Assembly (NCBI RefSeq): GCF_058153355.1
Contig: NZ_CM177019.1
Length of the DNA stretch: 64,000 nucleotides
Strand: one strand, 5' to 3'
The notes under the pieces were generated by a model. The model was not told the DNA's origin. It ran no database searches and saw only the letters and a program-made list of their open reading frames with translations. Both the position numbers and the translations under genes were made by a program. Shown piece after piece: positions 1-10,510 of this stretch; position 1 is the first letter of the stretch; every line of letters starts with the position of its first letter.

Positions 1-486
1 CCTAACGGTTCGTGGAAGTGATAAGCCACAGTTTCGCTATCAACTTCACTGATCCCACCTTCCTGCGCCCGAATACACGAGGCGAAATAGCGGAAGTGGT
101 CAATCGCCAGCGGTACATCAGCAGCACTGGTTTCGCGAATGGGTTTGCCGTTATCCCAGGTTTCAGCCGTCGCTAAAAGTTCGAGGTTTTGCTCCATTCG
201 ATCGGCAATCTTAAACAGAATCGCCGCGCGATCCTGCACCGAAGTATGCGCCCATTTATCTTTCACTTTATGCGCAGCATCCAGCGCCAGATCGATATCT
301 CGTTTACCCGAAGACGCCACTTCGCACAGTAGCTGCCCGGTCACCGGCGTCAGGTTCTGGTAATACTCGCCGTCGGCGGGCGCGACCCATTCGCCGCCAA
401 TAAAGTTGTCATAGCGGGCTTTTAACTTGAGGGGGAAGCCATACTCGCCGGGCTTAATCTGTGCTGAAGGGGGATTGTTGGTCATG
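1..486 (-). CDS. aldB: aldehyde dehydrogenase B, N-terminal part (gene runs off window start)
   Basis: Reverse complement of 472-486 reads ATG ACC AAC AAT CCC (MTNNP), matching the AldB N-terminus; open frame continues to the window edge; not in the ORF track because it is truncated. Confidence 0.8.
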
Positions 487-685
487 ATCGTCTCCTTGCG
501 GTGTGAGGTATAACAAGGGTAGACGTGACTGGCGAAATCTTCGCCAGCTGGTGATAGCTTTACGACGGCTATCACGAATTTACGGGCAAGGATTACAGAG
601 ATAACTAAAACTCTCTCAAAAATCGCAAATTTTGAGAGAGTTGAAAAAATGGCTGACAATTAGCCAGCCATTGTGGGAATGATGA

Positions 686-1837
686 TTACATCGCCGCGCG
701 ATAAATCGCCACAATTTCTTCGTGAGTTGCCTGAATCGGGTTAGTAAAGCCGCAGGCATCTTTCAGGGCATTGGTCGCCAGTACCGCGAAATCTTCTTCT
801 TTCACGTTCAGGTCACGCAAGCCTGCCGGGATATTCACTTTCTTCGCCAGTTCACGGATGGCATTGATGCAGGCTTCTGCACCTTCCGCGTCGTTTTTAC
901 CTGTCACGTTAACACCCATCGCGGCAGCGCAGTCACGCAAACGTGCAGCAGCGACTTTACTGTTGAATACCTGAACGTGCGGCAGCAGAACGGCGTTACA
1001 TACACCGTGCGGCAGATTGTAGAAACCACCTAACTGGTGCGCCATCGCATGAACATAACCCAGAGACGCATTGTTGAACGCCATACCCGCGAGGAACTGA
1101 GCGTAAGCCATTGCTTCGCGCGCTTTCTCATTGCTGCCATCTTCAACGGCTAAGGGCAGGTTTTCGGCAATCATAGTCACCGCTTTCAGTGCGCAAGCGT
1201 CGGTGATCGGCGTGGCGGCAATAGACACATACGCCTCGATAGCGTGCGTTAAGGCATCCATACCCGTTGCAGCGGTCAGTGACTTCGGCATACCGATCAT
1301 CAGAGAGGAGTCATTGACAGAAAGCAGCGGAGTCACGTGCTTATCCACAATCGCCATTTTGATGTGACGTGCTTCGTCGGTGATGATGCAGAAACGGGTC
1401 ATTTCTGATGCCGTACCCGCCGTGGTGTTGATGGCGATCATCGGCAACTGCGGTTTTGCAGAGCGGTCAACGCCTTCATAATCGCGGATGTCACCGCCGT
1501 TGGCTGCAACCAGCGCAATACCTTTTGCGCAGTCGTGTGGAGAACCACCGCCTAAGGAAATCACGCTATCGCAATTATTTTCTTTAAGTAATTTCAAACC
1601 TGCAGCGACGTTTTCCGTGGTGGGGTTAGGTTGGGTGCCATCATAAATAACGCTAAAAATATTGCGTTCTTCCAGTGCTTTTTGCACATCACCCGCCATA
1701 CCCAATTTCGTTAACATATTGTCAGTGACAATTAAGGTACGGGTAAATCCATAATCTGCCATCATATTCATTGCATCATTCAATGAATCAGCGCCGATAA
1801 CATTCACGGAAGGAATAAAAAAGGTTGAAGCTGCCAT
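686..1837 (-). CDS. yiaY: iron-containing (group III) alcohol dehydrogenase
   Basis: 383-aa ORF with Fe-ADH hallmarks (GGGSPHD glycine-rich NAD motif, conserved His cluster); sits between aldB and selB as in E. coli. Confidence 0.9.
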   Translation of the reverse strand: MAASTFFIPSVNVIGADSLNDAMNMMADYGFTRTLIVTDNMLTKLGMAGDVQKALEERNIFSVIYDGTQPNPTTENVAAGLKLLKENNCDSVISLGGGSPHDCAKGIALVAANGGDIRDYEGVDRSAKPQLPMIAINTTAGTASEMTRFCIITDEARHIKMAIVDKHVTPLLSVNDSSLMIGMPKSLTAATGMDALTHAIEAYVSIAATPITDACALKAVTMIAENLPLAVEDGSNEKAREAMAYAQFLAGMAFNNASLGYVHAMAHQLGGFYNLPHGVCNAVLLPHVQVFNSKVAAARLRDCAAAMGVNVTGKNDAEGAEACINAIRELAKKVNIPAGLRDLNVKEEDFAVLATNALKDACGFTNPIQATHEEIVAIYRAAM

Positions 1838-2026
1838 AATACACTCCTGAAAGAGTAAAAAAGGGCCGGCAGCTTACTGAGGATTTTCATTTGAAAATAT
1901 GATCAACATTACCGTTTATTAAAATATTTTTAATAAAAAGCACGTTACATTCATCAAATAACGTGCTTCCTTAACATTAATAAGAACTTTGTATTAATTC
2001 ATATTTATTATGAATTAATCGCTCCC

Positions 2027-3871
2027 TTATTTTTCGGGAAATAATAATGCGTCGCGCAATAAATGATCATTTCCACGGCGACGCGTAAAGCCAATGCGGT
2101 CAAAATATTCCAGGATTTGAATTGCCAGCTTTCGGCCTACGCCTAAGCGATCGCGGAAATCCGCCGCGCAGGTTGAACCACATTCCTGATCGAGATCGCG
2201 GATCATATTGGCAAACTCGACAATCCGATCGTTACGGTAATAACGATCTTTAACGATCGCGGTAATTATCCCCTGTTGGGCCGCCTGGCGTAGCGTCAAA
2301 CGCATTGCCTGCTCGTCGGTTCCCGTCTCTTTTGCCAGGTCACGCACCCACCACGGCTCGTCACCAAACAGCGGCTCCGCTTTTTGCCAGATGGCCTGCT
2401 GCTCTTCGCTGAATCCCGCTTTATGATCCGGCAGATGCAGCCAACCGTGATGACTGAGGATGTCGCCGCTTTCGCGCATCTTTTCAATCAGCAACAGCAC
2501 CAGCGCTTCATCTTCCATTGGCAACGCCATGCGCCGCAGACGCTCGCGCCCAGGACCTGGTTCATCGCGATGTTGCTCATGATAAGTCGCTAATGTGTCG
2601 AGAATTTTCCGCTGCCAGCGAGCGGCAACCGGCGCATTCAACAAGCTATAACCAGCCTGAATATAGCCAGGCTGTTGCAGCAGTTCGCGCATCCCTTCGC
2701 CGTTGAGCTGGCGCGCCCAGGCGAAATCAGCAAGGTTAACCGCTCCGCGTTCCAGATGAATAGCTAACGCATCGGCATCGCTCTGCGCCTGTGCAAGAGA
2801 CGCCAGCCATTGCAGATATTCCGGCTTACGTTTACCGCGACGCGGCGGGTTAAGCATCACCACGCGCGCCCCCGCCAGCGTGTTGCGGGCCGAGATATCG
2901 CGTAGCACTAAGCGATCGTTATCTGCCAGCCACAGCGGCGTGTCGAACACCAACTCGGCAAGGTTATCTTCCAGCAGCGAAACGCGTCCCGTAACGTGGC
3001 TGGCGGCGTGGTGAATATGCAGCGGCTGCCACTGGGTCAACGGTGTATGAGTTTGAAGCTCGACTATCACCCGCGTAAACGGCTCCGGCGGCGCATCGGC
3101 AAGCAACCAGTCCCCACGGTTAATCTGTTCTTTTTCCGCATCACCCGCGATATTAAGCGCAATACGCTGCCCGGCATGAGCTGCATTTGTTGGCTGATTT
3201 TGCGCATGCAGCGCACGCACGCGCATCGGTTTATTTACACCAGTCAGCCAGAGTGAATCGCCTACCTTCACTTCCCCACTTAACGCCGTACCGGTGACGA
3301 CCAGCCCGGCACCTTTTACGGTAAAAGCACGGTCGATAGCGAGGCGGAAGCTATGTTGGCTGGCGTGTTCACGTTCTGGTAACTGAAGCAGATGCTCGCG
3401 CAGGGCATCAATTCCCCGGCCTTCGGTTGCTGCGGTGATAAACAGTTTTGCCTCAGCAAAACCGTATTCCCGCAGCACCTCCTTTACCTGGCGTTCAACC
3501 TCATCAACACGCGCTTCGTCCACGCGATCGGCTTTGGTCAGCGCCACTGTCAGCATCGGGTTACCGGTCAGCTGCAAAATCGCCAGATGCTCACGAGTCT
3601 GTGCCATCACGCCGTCATCGCACGCCACCACCAACAGCGCGTGATCGATACCCCCGACGCCCGCCAGCATGTTGGAAAGAAACTTTTCATGGCCGGGAAC
3701 GTCGATAAAACCCGGAACACGACCATCCGGCTGCGGCCAGTAGGCATAGCCGAGATCGATGGTCATGCCGCGCTTTTTTTCTTCCGGCAGACGGTCGGCA
3801 TTTACGCCAGTAATCGCCTGCAATAAGGTTGTTTTGCCGTGGTCAACGTGTCCGGCAGTCGCAATAATCAT
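2027..3871 (-). CDS. selB: selenocysteine-specific translation elongation factor SelB
   Basis: 614-aa ORF; N-terminal GTPase motifs [11 protein letters not shown] and DVPGHEKF; long C-terminal winged-helix extension; overlaps selA by 4 bp. Confidence 0.95.
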   Translation of the reverse strand: MIIATAGHVDHGKTTLLQAITGVNADRLPEEKKRGMTIDLGYAYWPQPDGRVPGFIDVPGHEKFLSNMLAGVGGIDHALLVVACDDGVMAQTREHLAILQLTGNPMLTVALTKADRVDEARVDEVERQVKEVLREYGFAEAKLFITAATEGRGIDALREHLLQLPEREHASQHSFRLAIDRAFTVKGAGLVVTGTALSGEVKVGDSLWLTGVNKPMRVRALHAQNQPTNAAHAGQRIALNIAGDAEKEQINRGDWLLADAPPEPFTRVIVELQTHTPLTQWQPLHIHHAASHVTGRVSLLEDNLAELVFDTPLWLADNDRLVLRDISARNTLAGARVVMLNPPRRGKRKPEYLQWLASLAQAQSDADALAIHLERGAVNLADFAWARQLNGEGMRELLQQPGYIQAGYSLLNAPVAARWQRKILDTLATYHEQHRDEPGPGRERLRRMALPMEDEALVLLLIEKMRESGDILSHHGWLHLPDHKAGFSEEQQAIWQKAEPLFGDEPWWVRDLAKETGTDEQAMRLTLRQAAQQGIITAIVKDRYYRNDRIVEFANMIRDLDQECGSTCAADFRDRLGVGRKLAIQILEYFDRIGFTRRRGNDHLLRDALLFPEK

Positions 3872-5259
3872 TTCAACAACATCTCCAAAAACCGTTGCTC
3901 ATCTTCAAGGCAGCGTAAATCCAGCCACAATCGTCCGTCATAAATACGACCAATCACCGGCACTGGCAATTCACGCCAGCGGGCGGCTAATGACTCAAGG
4001 TGGCTACCGCGTCCATCATGGGGTGTAAACGTTAATGCCGCGCTCGGCAGGCGATCAACCGGCAGCGAACCACTGCCAATCTGCGAAAGACATGGCATAA
4101 CCTGTACCGCGAACTCCGCGCCGTAATGTGCGGCAAGGGGGGCCTGTAAACGTTGTGCCTGGATTTGAATGACCTCTGCGCTGCGGGTAAGCAGACGCAG
4201 GGTCGGTAATTTTTCACTCAGCGCCTCAGGGTGTAAATAAAGACGCAACGTGGCTTCCAGCGCCGCGAGGGTCATTTTATCCGCGCGTAATGCACGCTTC
4301 AGTGGATGGCTTTGCAGGCGGGCGATCATCTCTTTTTTACCAACAATAATTCCTGCCTGCGGCCCGCCTAACAGCTTGTCGCCGGAGAAGCTCACCAGAC
4401 TGACGCCCGCCGCAATCAACTCCTGCGGCATTGGCTCTTTCGGCAAACCGTACTGGCTAAGATCAACCAGCGAGCCACTGCCTAAATCAGTTACTACGGG
4501 AACATCCAGCTCTTTGCCGAGCGCCACCAGTTCCGCTTCATCTATCGCTTTGGTGAATCCCTGAATGCTGTAGTTACTGGTATGTACTTTCATCAACAGC
4601 GCGGTATTTTCATTCACCGCCTGGCGATAATCATTAGCGTGCGTGCGATTGGTGGTCCCCACTTCGTGTAGGGTGCAGCCTGCCTGACGCATGACATCAG
4701 GAATACGAAACGCACCGCCAATCTCCACCAGTTCGCCGCGAGAAACCACAACCTCTTTCCCGCTGGCAGTGGCCGCCAACATCAACAAGACCGCCGCCGC
4801 ATTGTTATTAACGATACAGGCATCTTCCGCCCCCGTAATACGGCACAGCAGCTGCGCCAGCGCCCGATCGCGATGTCCGCGTCCGGCGTCATCCAGATCG
4901 TATTCGAGGGTTACTGGCGAACGCATAGCCTGCGCAACGGCTTCCACCGCGGCTTCCGCCTGTAAAGCTCGCCCAAGGTTGGTATGCAGCACGGTTCCCG
5001 TCAGGTTGATCACCGGACGCAGCGCGCTTTGCGCCTCTTTCGTCAACCGGGCATCAACTTCTTGCGCCCAGTTTTCACACCACGCGGGTAGCGTCTGGCT
5101 GTCACGAATCACTTCTCGCGCTTCGTCAAGCATCTGACGCAGCAACTCCACCACGCGGGTGTGACCATAGGTATCACGCAAAGAAAGGAAAGAGCTATCG
5201 CGCAATAAGCGATCAATAGCCGGAAGTTGACTATAGAGGGAACGCGTTTCGGTTGTCAT
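3868..5259 (-). CDS. selA: L-seryl-tRNA(Sec) selenium transferase SelA
   Basis: 463-aa ORF immediately upstream of and overlapping selB (ATGA), the classic selAB operon arrangement. Confidence 0.93.
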   Translation of the reverse strand: MTTETRSLYSQLPAIDRLLRDSSFLSLRDTYGHTRVVELLRQMLDEAREVIRDSQTLPAWCENWAQEVDARLTKEAQSALRPVINLTGTVLHTNLGRALQAEAAVEAVAQAMRSPVTLEYDLDDAGRGHRDRALAQLLCRITGAEDACIVNNNAAAVLLMLAATASGKEVVVSRGELVEIGGAFRIPDVMRQAGCTLHEVGTTNRTHANDYRQAVNENTALLMKVHTSNYSIQGFTKAIDEAELVALGKELDVPVVTDLGSGSLVDLSQYGLPKEPMPQELIAAGVSLVSFSGDKLLGGPQAGIIVGKKEMIARLQSHPLKRALRADKMTLAALEATLRLYLHPEALSEKLPTLRLLTRSAEVIQIQAQRLQAPLAAHYGAEFAVQVMPCLSQIGSGSLPVDRLPSAALTFTPHDGRGSHLESLAARWRELPVPVIGRIYDGRLWLDLRCLEDEQRFLEMLLK

Positions 5260-5356
5260 AGGAAACCTGGCTGATCAAGGCCCTCTCACACGGAGAAGGG
5301 CGTTTAACATAACCACGGATTGTAACGTGAGATGGGTCAGGAGGACATATCGCGCA

Positions 5357-5965
5357 TCAAGCCTTTGGCGGTTCGGTGCGGGCAAAACTTTCGCGGCTAA
5401 ACAGGTTTTCGACCAGTTTGACTAAGTGTGGGCGGTCGACACACCAGCCTGGCGCAACGCGGCGGAAATTGAGATATCCGACGGCACAGGCAATGGCGAT
5501 AGTCGCCAGATTGACCGTATCGGTTTTGAGCGTGCCATCGACCAGATATCCTTCCAGCACATCCAGACTGCGGTTGATTTTCTCCCGCTGGCGTAATAAT
5601 TCATCTTCAGACTGCTGCGGCGCCGGACGTGCCTGTTCACGCACCGACACCAGCCCGGCATCCATAATGCCATCCGCCAGCGCCTCAATTTTGCGCACCC
5701 GCAACGACTCCAGCGGATCGCGCGGCAACATCGCCGGAGCGACATTCATTAATTCAATATATTCAGCGATGATCGGCGAATCAAACCAACATTCGCCCTC
5801 TTCGGTCACCAGCACCGGCACTTTCCCTAACGGGTTAAATTGCGCCACGCCGTTGTCTGCGTTATAGGGCAGTTCATTAATAAATTCGAAAGTTATGCCC
5901 TTTTCTAACAACAGAATAGAAAGTTTGCGTACAAACGGGCTGGTGTAGCTACCGACGAGTTTCAT
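5357..5965 (-). CDS. yibF: glutathione S-transferase family protein YibF
   Basis: 202-aa ORF with GST N-terminal thioredoxin-like fold signature (SPFVRK...GKVPVL); conserved neighbour of selA. Confidence 0.9.
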   Translation of the reverse strand: MKLVGSYTSPFVRKLSILLLEKGITFEFINELPYNADNGVAQFNPLGKVPVLVTEEGECWFDSPIIAEYIELMNVAPAMLPRDPLESLRVRKIEALADGIMDAGLVSVREQARPAPQQSEDELLRQREKINRSLDVLEGYLVDGTLKTDTVNLATIAIACAVGYLNFRRVAPGWCVDRPHLVKLVENLFSRESFARTEPPKA

Positions 5966-6180
5966 GCCGAGTCCTTTGTGCGAGGAAAAATATCAGTATG
6001 GCCTGGTGATGGGAAAAAGGGCAGAAAATGTTGATGGTTTGTTACTTCCCAATAAATCACATATTTATCATGGTGATATAAATATTTTCCTAATTGTTCT
6101 TATCTGACAGATATCTCACTTAAGGCTTTCTTATAAATCTGTAGGGTTTGCACCATGAGTGCGGTAGCTATGAGGTTTAT

Positions 6181-8493
6181 ATGTCCTCAGAAGGATTACG
6201 TTTCACGCTGTCGGTGGCCGGTATCGTGGAGATGGCGACGGCGGTGGTGAGCTTCCGTCTGTACCAGCACCACTGCACGCCGTTCATCCTGGATGTGGAT
6301 ATCGCCAGCGGGCTGCCCGACCTGACGGCGGAGGATTTTCTGGAGAAGAGCGCGGTGCTGACGGTCTGGCAGGGTGATATCCCGCAGCGTTACGTCAGCG
6401 GTATCGTGACGGAGGTGCAGCTCGGTGAGAACAACGACTGGCAGATGCGTTATTCCCTGAGCATCAGCCCGCCGCTGTGGCGGGCAGGGTTACGGCAGAA
6501 CTTCCGTATCTTCCAGCAGCAGGACATTCAGACGATATCAGCACAGCTTCTGAGAGAGAACGGGGTGACGGCGTGGATGCCGCTGTTCTATGAGGCGCAC
6601 CCGGCGCGGGAGTTCTGCGTGCAGTACGGGGAGAGCGACCTGGCATTCCTGACCCGGCTGTGGGCGGAGGAAGGTATCTTCTTTTATGAGCGCTGCGGTC
6701 AGGAAGGGCCGGAGCAGAAGCTGGCGGTGTGTGATGACGTGGCGGGGCTGACGGGAATGGGGGCGCTGGCGTTTAACCCGAATACCACGACCGGGGGAAC
6801 GACGGAGTACATCAGTGAGTTTCGTTACCGTGCGCAGATAAGCGTGGCGTCGGTGGAGACGCAGGATTATACGTTCAAAACGCCGGGGTGGCCGGGGTAC
6901 TACAGCCATGACGGGGAGAGCCTGAACGGGCAGGGAACGCAGTACGAGATATTTGATTATCCGGGGCGTTTCAAGGATGAGCAGCATGGCCAGGATTTTG
7001 CGCGTTACCAGACGGAAGGGTGGCGGAACGGGGCGGAGACGGCGAGCGGGGTGTGTAACACGGCGCGGCTGTGGCCGGGAACGCGGTTCCGGCTGACGGG
7101 CCATCCCTCAGAGACGCTGAACCGGGAATGGCAGGTTGTGGGAAGCACACTGCGGGGAGAACAGCCGCAGGCGCTGCACGGGAGTCACGGTGAAGGGACG
7201 ACACTGAGCAATCAGTTTGAGGTGATACCGGCAGACAGGACGTGGCGTCACGCGCCGCTGCCGAAGCCGAAGGTGGACGGCCCGCAGAGTGCCATCGTGA
7301 CCGGGCCGAAGGGTGAGGAGATATTCTGCGACGAGCATGGCCGGGTACGGGTGAAGTTTCACTGGGACCGTTATCACGGGATGACGGAGGAGAGTTCGTG
7401 CTGGATACGGGTGTCGCAGGCATGGGCGGGACCGGGGTTCGGCAATCTGGCGATACCGCGTGTGGGTCAGGAAGTGATAGTGGACTTTCTGAACGGCGAC
7501 CCGGACCAGCCCATTGTGACGGGGCGGACCTACCATGAAGATAACCGTTCACCGGGGGATTTACCGGGCACGCGGACGCAGATGACCATCCGCTCGAAGA
7601 CCTATAAAGGAAGCGGCTTTAATGAACTGCGTTTCGAGGATGCGACGGACAGTGAGCAGGTGTATATCCACGCGCAGAAGAACATGGACACGGAGGTGCT
7701 TAACGACCGGACGACGGACGTGAAGCATGACCATACGGAGACCATCGGTAACGACCAGAAGATAAGGGTGGTGAAGGGGCAGACGGTTGAGGTCGGCACC
7801 AGAAAAGAAGGGGGTCACGACCAGAGTATCACGGTGGCGAACGACCGGCGCATAACGGTACGTAATGACCAGACGCTGAAGGTGACGAATGACCGGACGG
7901 TGAGCGTGAGTCACGATGACGGCCTGTATGTCAGAAACGACCGTAAAGTGACGGTGGAAGGGAAGCAGGAGCATAAGACGACGGGGAACCATATCAGCCT
8001 GGTGGAGGGAAAGCACAGTCTGGAGGTGAAGGGCGACCTGGCGGAGAAGGTGAGTGGCGCGCTGGGGATCAAGGTGGACGGGGATATCGTGCTGGAGAGC
8101 AGCAGCCGGATAAGCCTGAAAGTGGGCGGCTCGTTCGTGGTGATACACTCTGGCGGTGTGGATATTGCGGGGCCGAAGATAAACCTCAACGGGGGAGGCA
8201 GTCCGGGGACGCCAGTACAGACGTTACAACCGGTGGTACTGGAGGCGCTGGAGGATGAGAATGATGATGAGAACCCTGAAAAATATACTCTCCAGTTCCA
8301 TTTTACAGACGATGACGGGATACCGTATTCAGAGACACGCTACATTGCCTTCTTTGAGGACGGCACGCAGACGCGAGGGGAGACGGATGAAAATGGGTAT
8401 ACGGAAACATTCTCCACTGACAGCGAGCAGACAATCGAAGTCAGATTGTTGCATTTGAATATCGATATGATATGGGGAGGGATTAATGAATAG
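6181..8493 (+). CDS. vgrG: T6SS spike protein VgrG (copy 1) with C-terminal transthyretin-like extension
   Basis: N-terminus MSSEGLRFTLSV... typical of VgrG; GAGG RBS 5 nt upstream of the ATG at 6181 (the track ORF start at 6148 is an in-frame upstream ATG); gp27/gp5-like repeats; about 90 aa extension after the PKINLNGGGSPGTP end of the conserved core. Confidence 0.9.
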   Translation: MSSEGLRFTLSVAGIVEMATAVVSFRLYQHHCTPFILDVDIASGLPDLTAEDFLEKSAVLTVWQGDIPQRYVSGIVTEVQLGENNDWQMRYSLSISPPLWRAGLRQNFRIFQQQDIQTISAQLLRENGVTAWMPLFYEAHPAREFCVQYGESDLAFLTRLWAEEGIFFYERCGQEGPEQKLAVCDDVAGLTGMGALAFNPNTTTGGTTEYISEFRYRAQISVASVETQDYTFKTPGWPGYYSHDGESLNGQGTQYEIFDYPGRFKDEQHGQDFARYQTEGWRNGAETASGVCNTARLWPGTRFRLTGHPSETLNREWQVVGSTLRGEQPQALHGSHGEGTTLSNQFEVIPADRTWRHAPLPKPKVDGPQSAIVTGPKGEEIFCDEHGRVRVKFHWDRYHGMTEESSCWIRVSQAWAGPGFGNLAIPRVGQEVIVDFLNGDPDQPIVTGRTYHEDNRSPGDLPGTRTQMTIRSKTYKGSGFNELRFEDATDSEQVYIHAQKNMDTEVLNDRTTDVKHDHTETIGNDQKIRVVKGQTVEVGTRKEGGHDQSITVANDRRITVRNDQTLKVTNDRTVSVSHDDGLYVRNDRKVTVEGKQEHKTTGNHISLVEGKHSLEVKGDLAEKVSGALGIKVDGDIVLESSSRISLKVGGSFVVIHSGGVDIAGPKINLNGGGSPGTPVQTLQPVVLEALEDENDDENPEKYTLQFHFTDDDGIPYSETRYIAFFEDGTQTRGETDENGYTETFSTDSEQTIEVRLLHLNIDMIWGGINE

Positions 8494-8576
8494 AGAGTGA
8501 CCGCCTGTAATTGGCGTGTTTTTGCATAAATGGAACAGGGTTTTGTAGTGAAAACATATTGCTAAGGAGGATTTAT

Positions 8577-9422
8577 ATGGGAGATGGAAAGGGTAGTACG
8601 AGCGGAAAAAGCCAGAGCGGTGAACAGTGTGTAGTTTTAAAGGAGGGAAAAATTACTAATGATTTTAAAATAATGATGAGAGAGGCTCTGAAGGCGCTGA
8701 TGGCTGTATTGAAGAAAAGAGTAGAAGATCTTGGTGATAAATGGGGAGAGGAACAAAATCAGGAGTTTATAAATATATTTGGTATTGATGGAAATACTTA
8801 TATTAAATTAGAGTTCCCTTTCGGGGGGCGTAAGGTTATGTTTCCAGAGAATATAAAGGCAAGGGATTATATGAGAAATGGCGTTACTCGCCTGTATGAG
8901 ATATGTGGGGAATTATCTGTGGAAGGTGATTGTGTAGACGTTACTATTCATGACCATTTCCTCAAACGTGATGCCAATTGTAATCTTGTTCTTAATGACA
9001 AAGGGGGTAATGAATATGTTGACAAAGACGTAATCAGGCCCAAAACCGGTAACTTTGTGAATTGTACAGATAATGACGCTTATGCTGCCAATGTAACTTA
9101 CGATCAGATTTTGGGTGTAAAACCTGGAGGCTTTAAAAGTTTGGTAAGTATAACTATAGGACAAAGATTTATAGATAGGCCACCCACTGGGAAAAACTCT
9201 AAGGCATCGACACTCTGCCATGAACTATCTCACTTTATAAGGTACGGGGATTCATTTAAGTTTGGAGGCATGTGGACGGAAGATATGCCGGTAGATATAG
9301 AGTATAATACAGGTGACGAATATATTGTTCATGCCACTAAATTAAAAAATGATAAAAAATCAGAACTATTTCAGAATGCATATAATATCGAACGTTATTT
9401 CGAGATTCATGTACCATATTGA
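8577..9422 (+). CDS. hypothetical protein with HExxH zinc-metallopeptidase-like motif; candidate VgrG1 cargo effector
   Basis: ATG at 8577 preceded by AAGGAGG RBS; 281 aa; motif CHELSHF (HExxH) near the C-terminus followed by acidic NTGDEY; strongly AT-rich next to GC-rich vgrG; directly downstream of vgrG1. Confidence 0.6.
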   Translation: MGDGKGSTSGKSQSGEQCVVLKEGKITNDFKIMMREALKALMAVLKKRVEDLGDKWGEEQNQEFINIFGIDGNTYIKLEFPFGGRKVMFPENIKARDYMRNGVTRLYEICGELSVEGDCVDVTIHDHFLKRDANCNLVLNDKGGNEYVDKDVIRPKTGNFVNCTDNDAYAANVTYDQILGVKPGGFKSLVSITIGQRFIDRPPTGKNSKASTLCHELSHFIRYGDSFKFGGMWTEDMPVDIEYNTGDEYIVHATKLKNDKKSELFQNAYNIERYFEIHVPY

Positions 9423-9446
9423 TGCTTTTATTTGACGGGGGAGTAT

Positions 9447-10355
9447 ATGCTTGCTAGATGGATTGTTTTTATTGTTTTTTTTGCGCATCCAATATTTGCT
9501 TATGATATCTCTGGCGATTATGCTGTTCATTACAGATATGGGAAGTTATATTGGAATGGAGTAATGGACAAACTTGGTGTCTATCCTCGTGTAGAGCCGA
9601 CAAGGCTTAATTATTATGATTATTATGATGATCTTTCAGCCTATGCTGTTTTTCAATATTATACTATCAGTAAAAATGAGAGTCAGTATAATCAAGATAA
9701 AAATAAAATATATCTTCATCTTTCCGTGCATCAGAAAGAAAATATTGTAGCAGCTGCAGTGGTTTTATCGAATAAAAGCCAGGGATCTTATTTTGTTCAT
9801 CGACTAACTCTTCCTCTTGACGTTAACGGCGGGCCTTACTCTTCCTTGTGTAGTGGTGTGTTTATACCGATAATGGATAACATTCAGTTGGATTTTTTAA
9901 AAAAAACAAAATGTAGCTTTGGTGAATGGAAAAATAAATCCGTTTGGCACGAGATATTAACAGGGAAAGAGCTATCCTTTGATGTCATATTGAACGATTA
10001 TTATGCCTTTTTACCGGGCATTCATCGTTATAATATAGGAACGGTAGAATTTACAATAGTTAATCAAGAGTGGTTTACAGAACAATGTATATATGAGTAT
10101 TTTCTTTCTATTATGAACTGGCGGGCAGAAAGTGAGTGTACTAATCCTATAGATAAAATAAGATATGGTATAGAGGAGTGGCGGGTTTGGAGAATTTGTG
10201 GACCTTATCGTGGGTCAGGTCTATTTCAGGATTTTTTAGCACGCTTTGGCTATCATGGCGGTAATGATAATATATTCAAAATAAGATCAAATCAGGTTGT
10301 GGTTACTATTGATGGGGATAGGGCATCTCCTCCTTATTCGTTGAGGAATTATTAA
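9447..10355 (+). CDS. hypothetical secreted protein (N-terminal signal peptide); candidate immunity or partner of the upstream HExxH protein
   Basis: ATG at 9447 with GGGGGAG RBS; N-terminus MLARWIVFIVFFAHPIFA is a typical Sec signal peptide; Tyr/Trp-rich, AT-rich; starts 25 nt after the stop of the previous gene. Confidence 0.55.
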   Translation: MLARWIVFIVFFAHPIFAYDISGDYAVHYRYGKLYWNGVMDKLGVYPRVEPTRLNYYDYYDDLSAYAVFQYYTISKNESQYNQDKNKIYLHLSVHQKENIVAAAVVLSNKSQGSYFVHRLTLPLDVNGGPYSSLCSGVFIPIMDNIQLDFLKKTKCSFGEWKNKSVWHEILTGKELSFDVILNDYYAFLPGIHRYNIGTVEFTIVNQEWFTEQCIYEYFLSIMNWRAESECTNPIDKIRYGIEEWRVWRICGPYRGSGLFQDFLARFGYHGGNDNIFKIRSNQVVVTIDGDRASPPYSLRNY

Positions 10356-10510
10356 TGTTAACTTATTGTCATGGCTACAATTCGTTGGTTTTCCTGTTGA
10401 GATGATAATATATATGAGAAAAACAGGCAATGAACCAGTGAGAGAATATCAGAAGATACGGTCAACATCGGTTAATTACTTTTTCCTGTAGCGATACCAG
10501 GGAGGTCATC

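Noticed and set aside
6148-6180. Upstream ATG at 6148 as the vgrG1 start (track ORF of 781 aa)
   Set aside because: The ATG at 6181 has a GAGG RBS at proper spacing and gives the canonical VgrG N-terminus (MSSEGLRF..., aligned with MSLKGLRF... of vgrG2); the upstream extension (MHHECGSYEVY) is not conserved.
6538-8189. Long minus-strand ORFs inside vgrG1 (6538-7104, 6971-7552, 7108-7536, 7561-8148 and others), with equivalents in vgrG2 and vgrG3
   Set aside because: They lie antisense to a well-supported VgrG coding frame in GC-rich DNA, where long stop-free antisense frames arise by chance; Pro/Arg/His-rich low-complexity translations; no RBS or start context.
8511-8576. Longer start at 8511 for the HExxH protein, and TTG start at 9432 for its downstream partner
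   Set aside because: Both are alternative starts lacking a Shine-Dalgarno sequence; the ATGs at 8577 and 9447 have strong RBSs (AAGGAGG, GGGGGAG).
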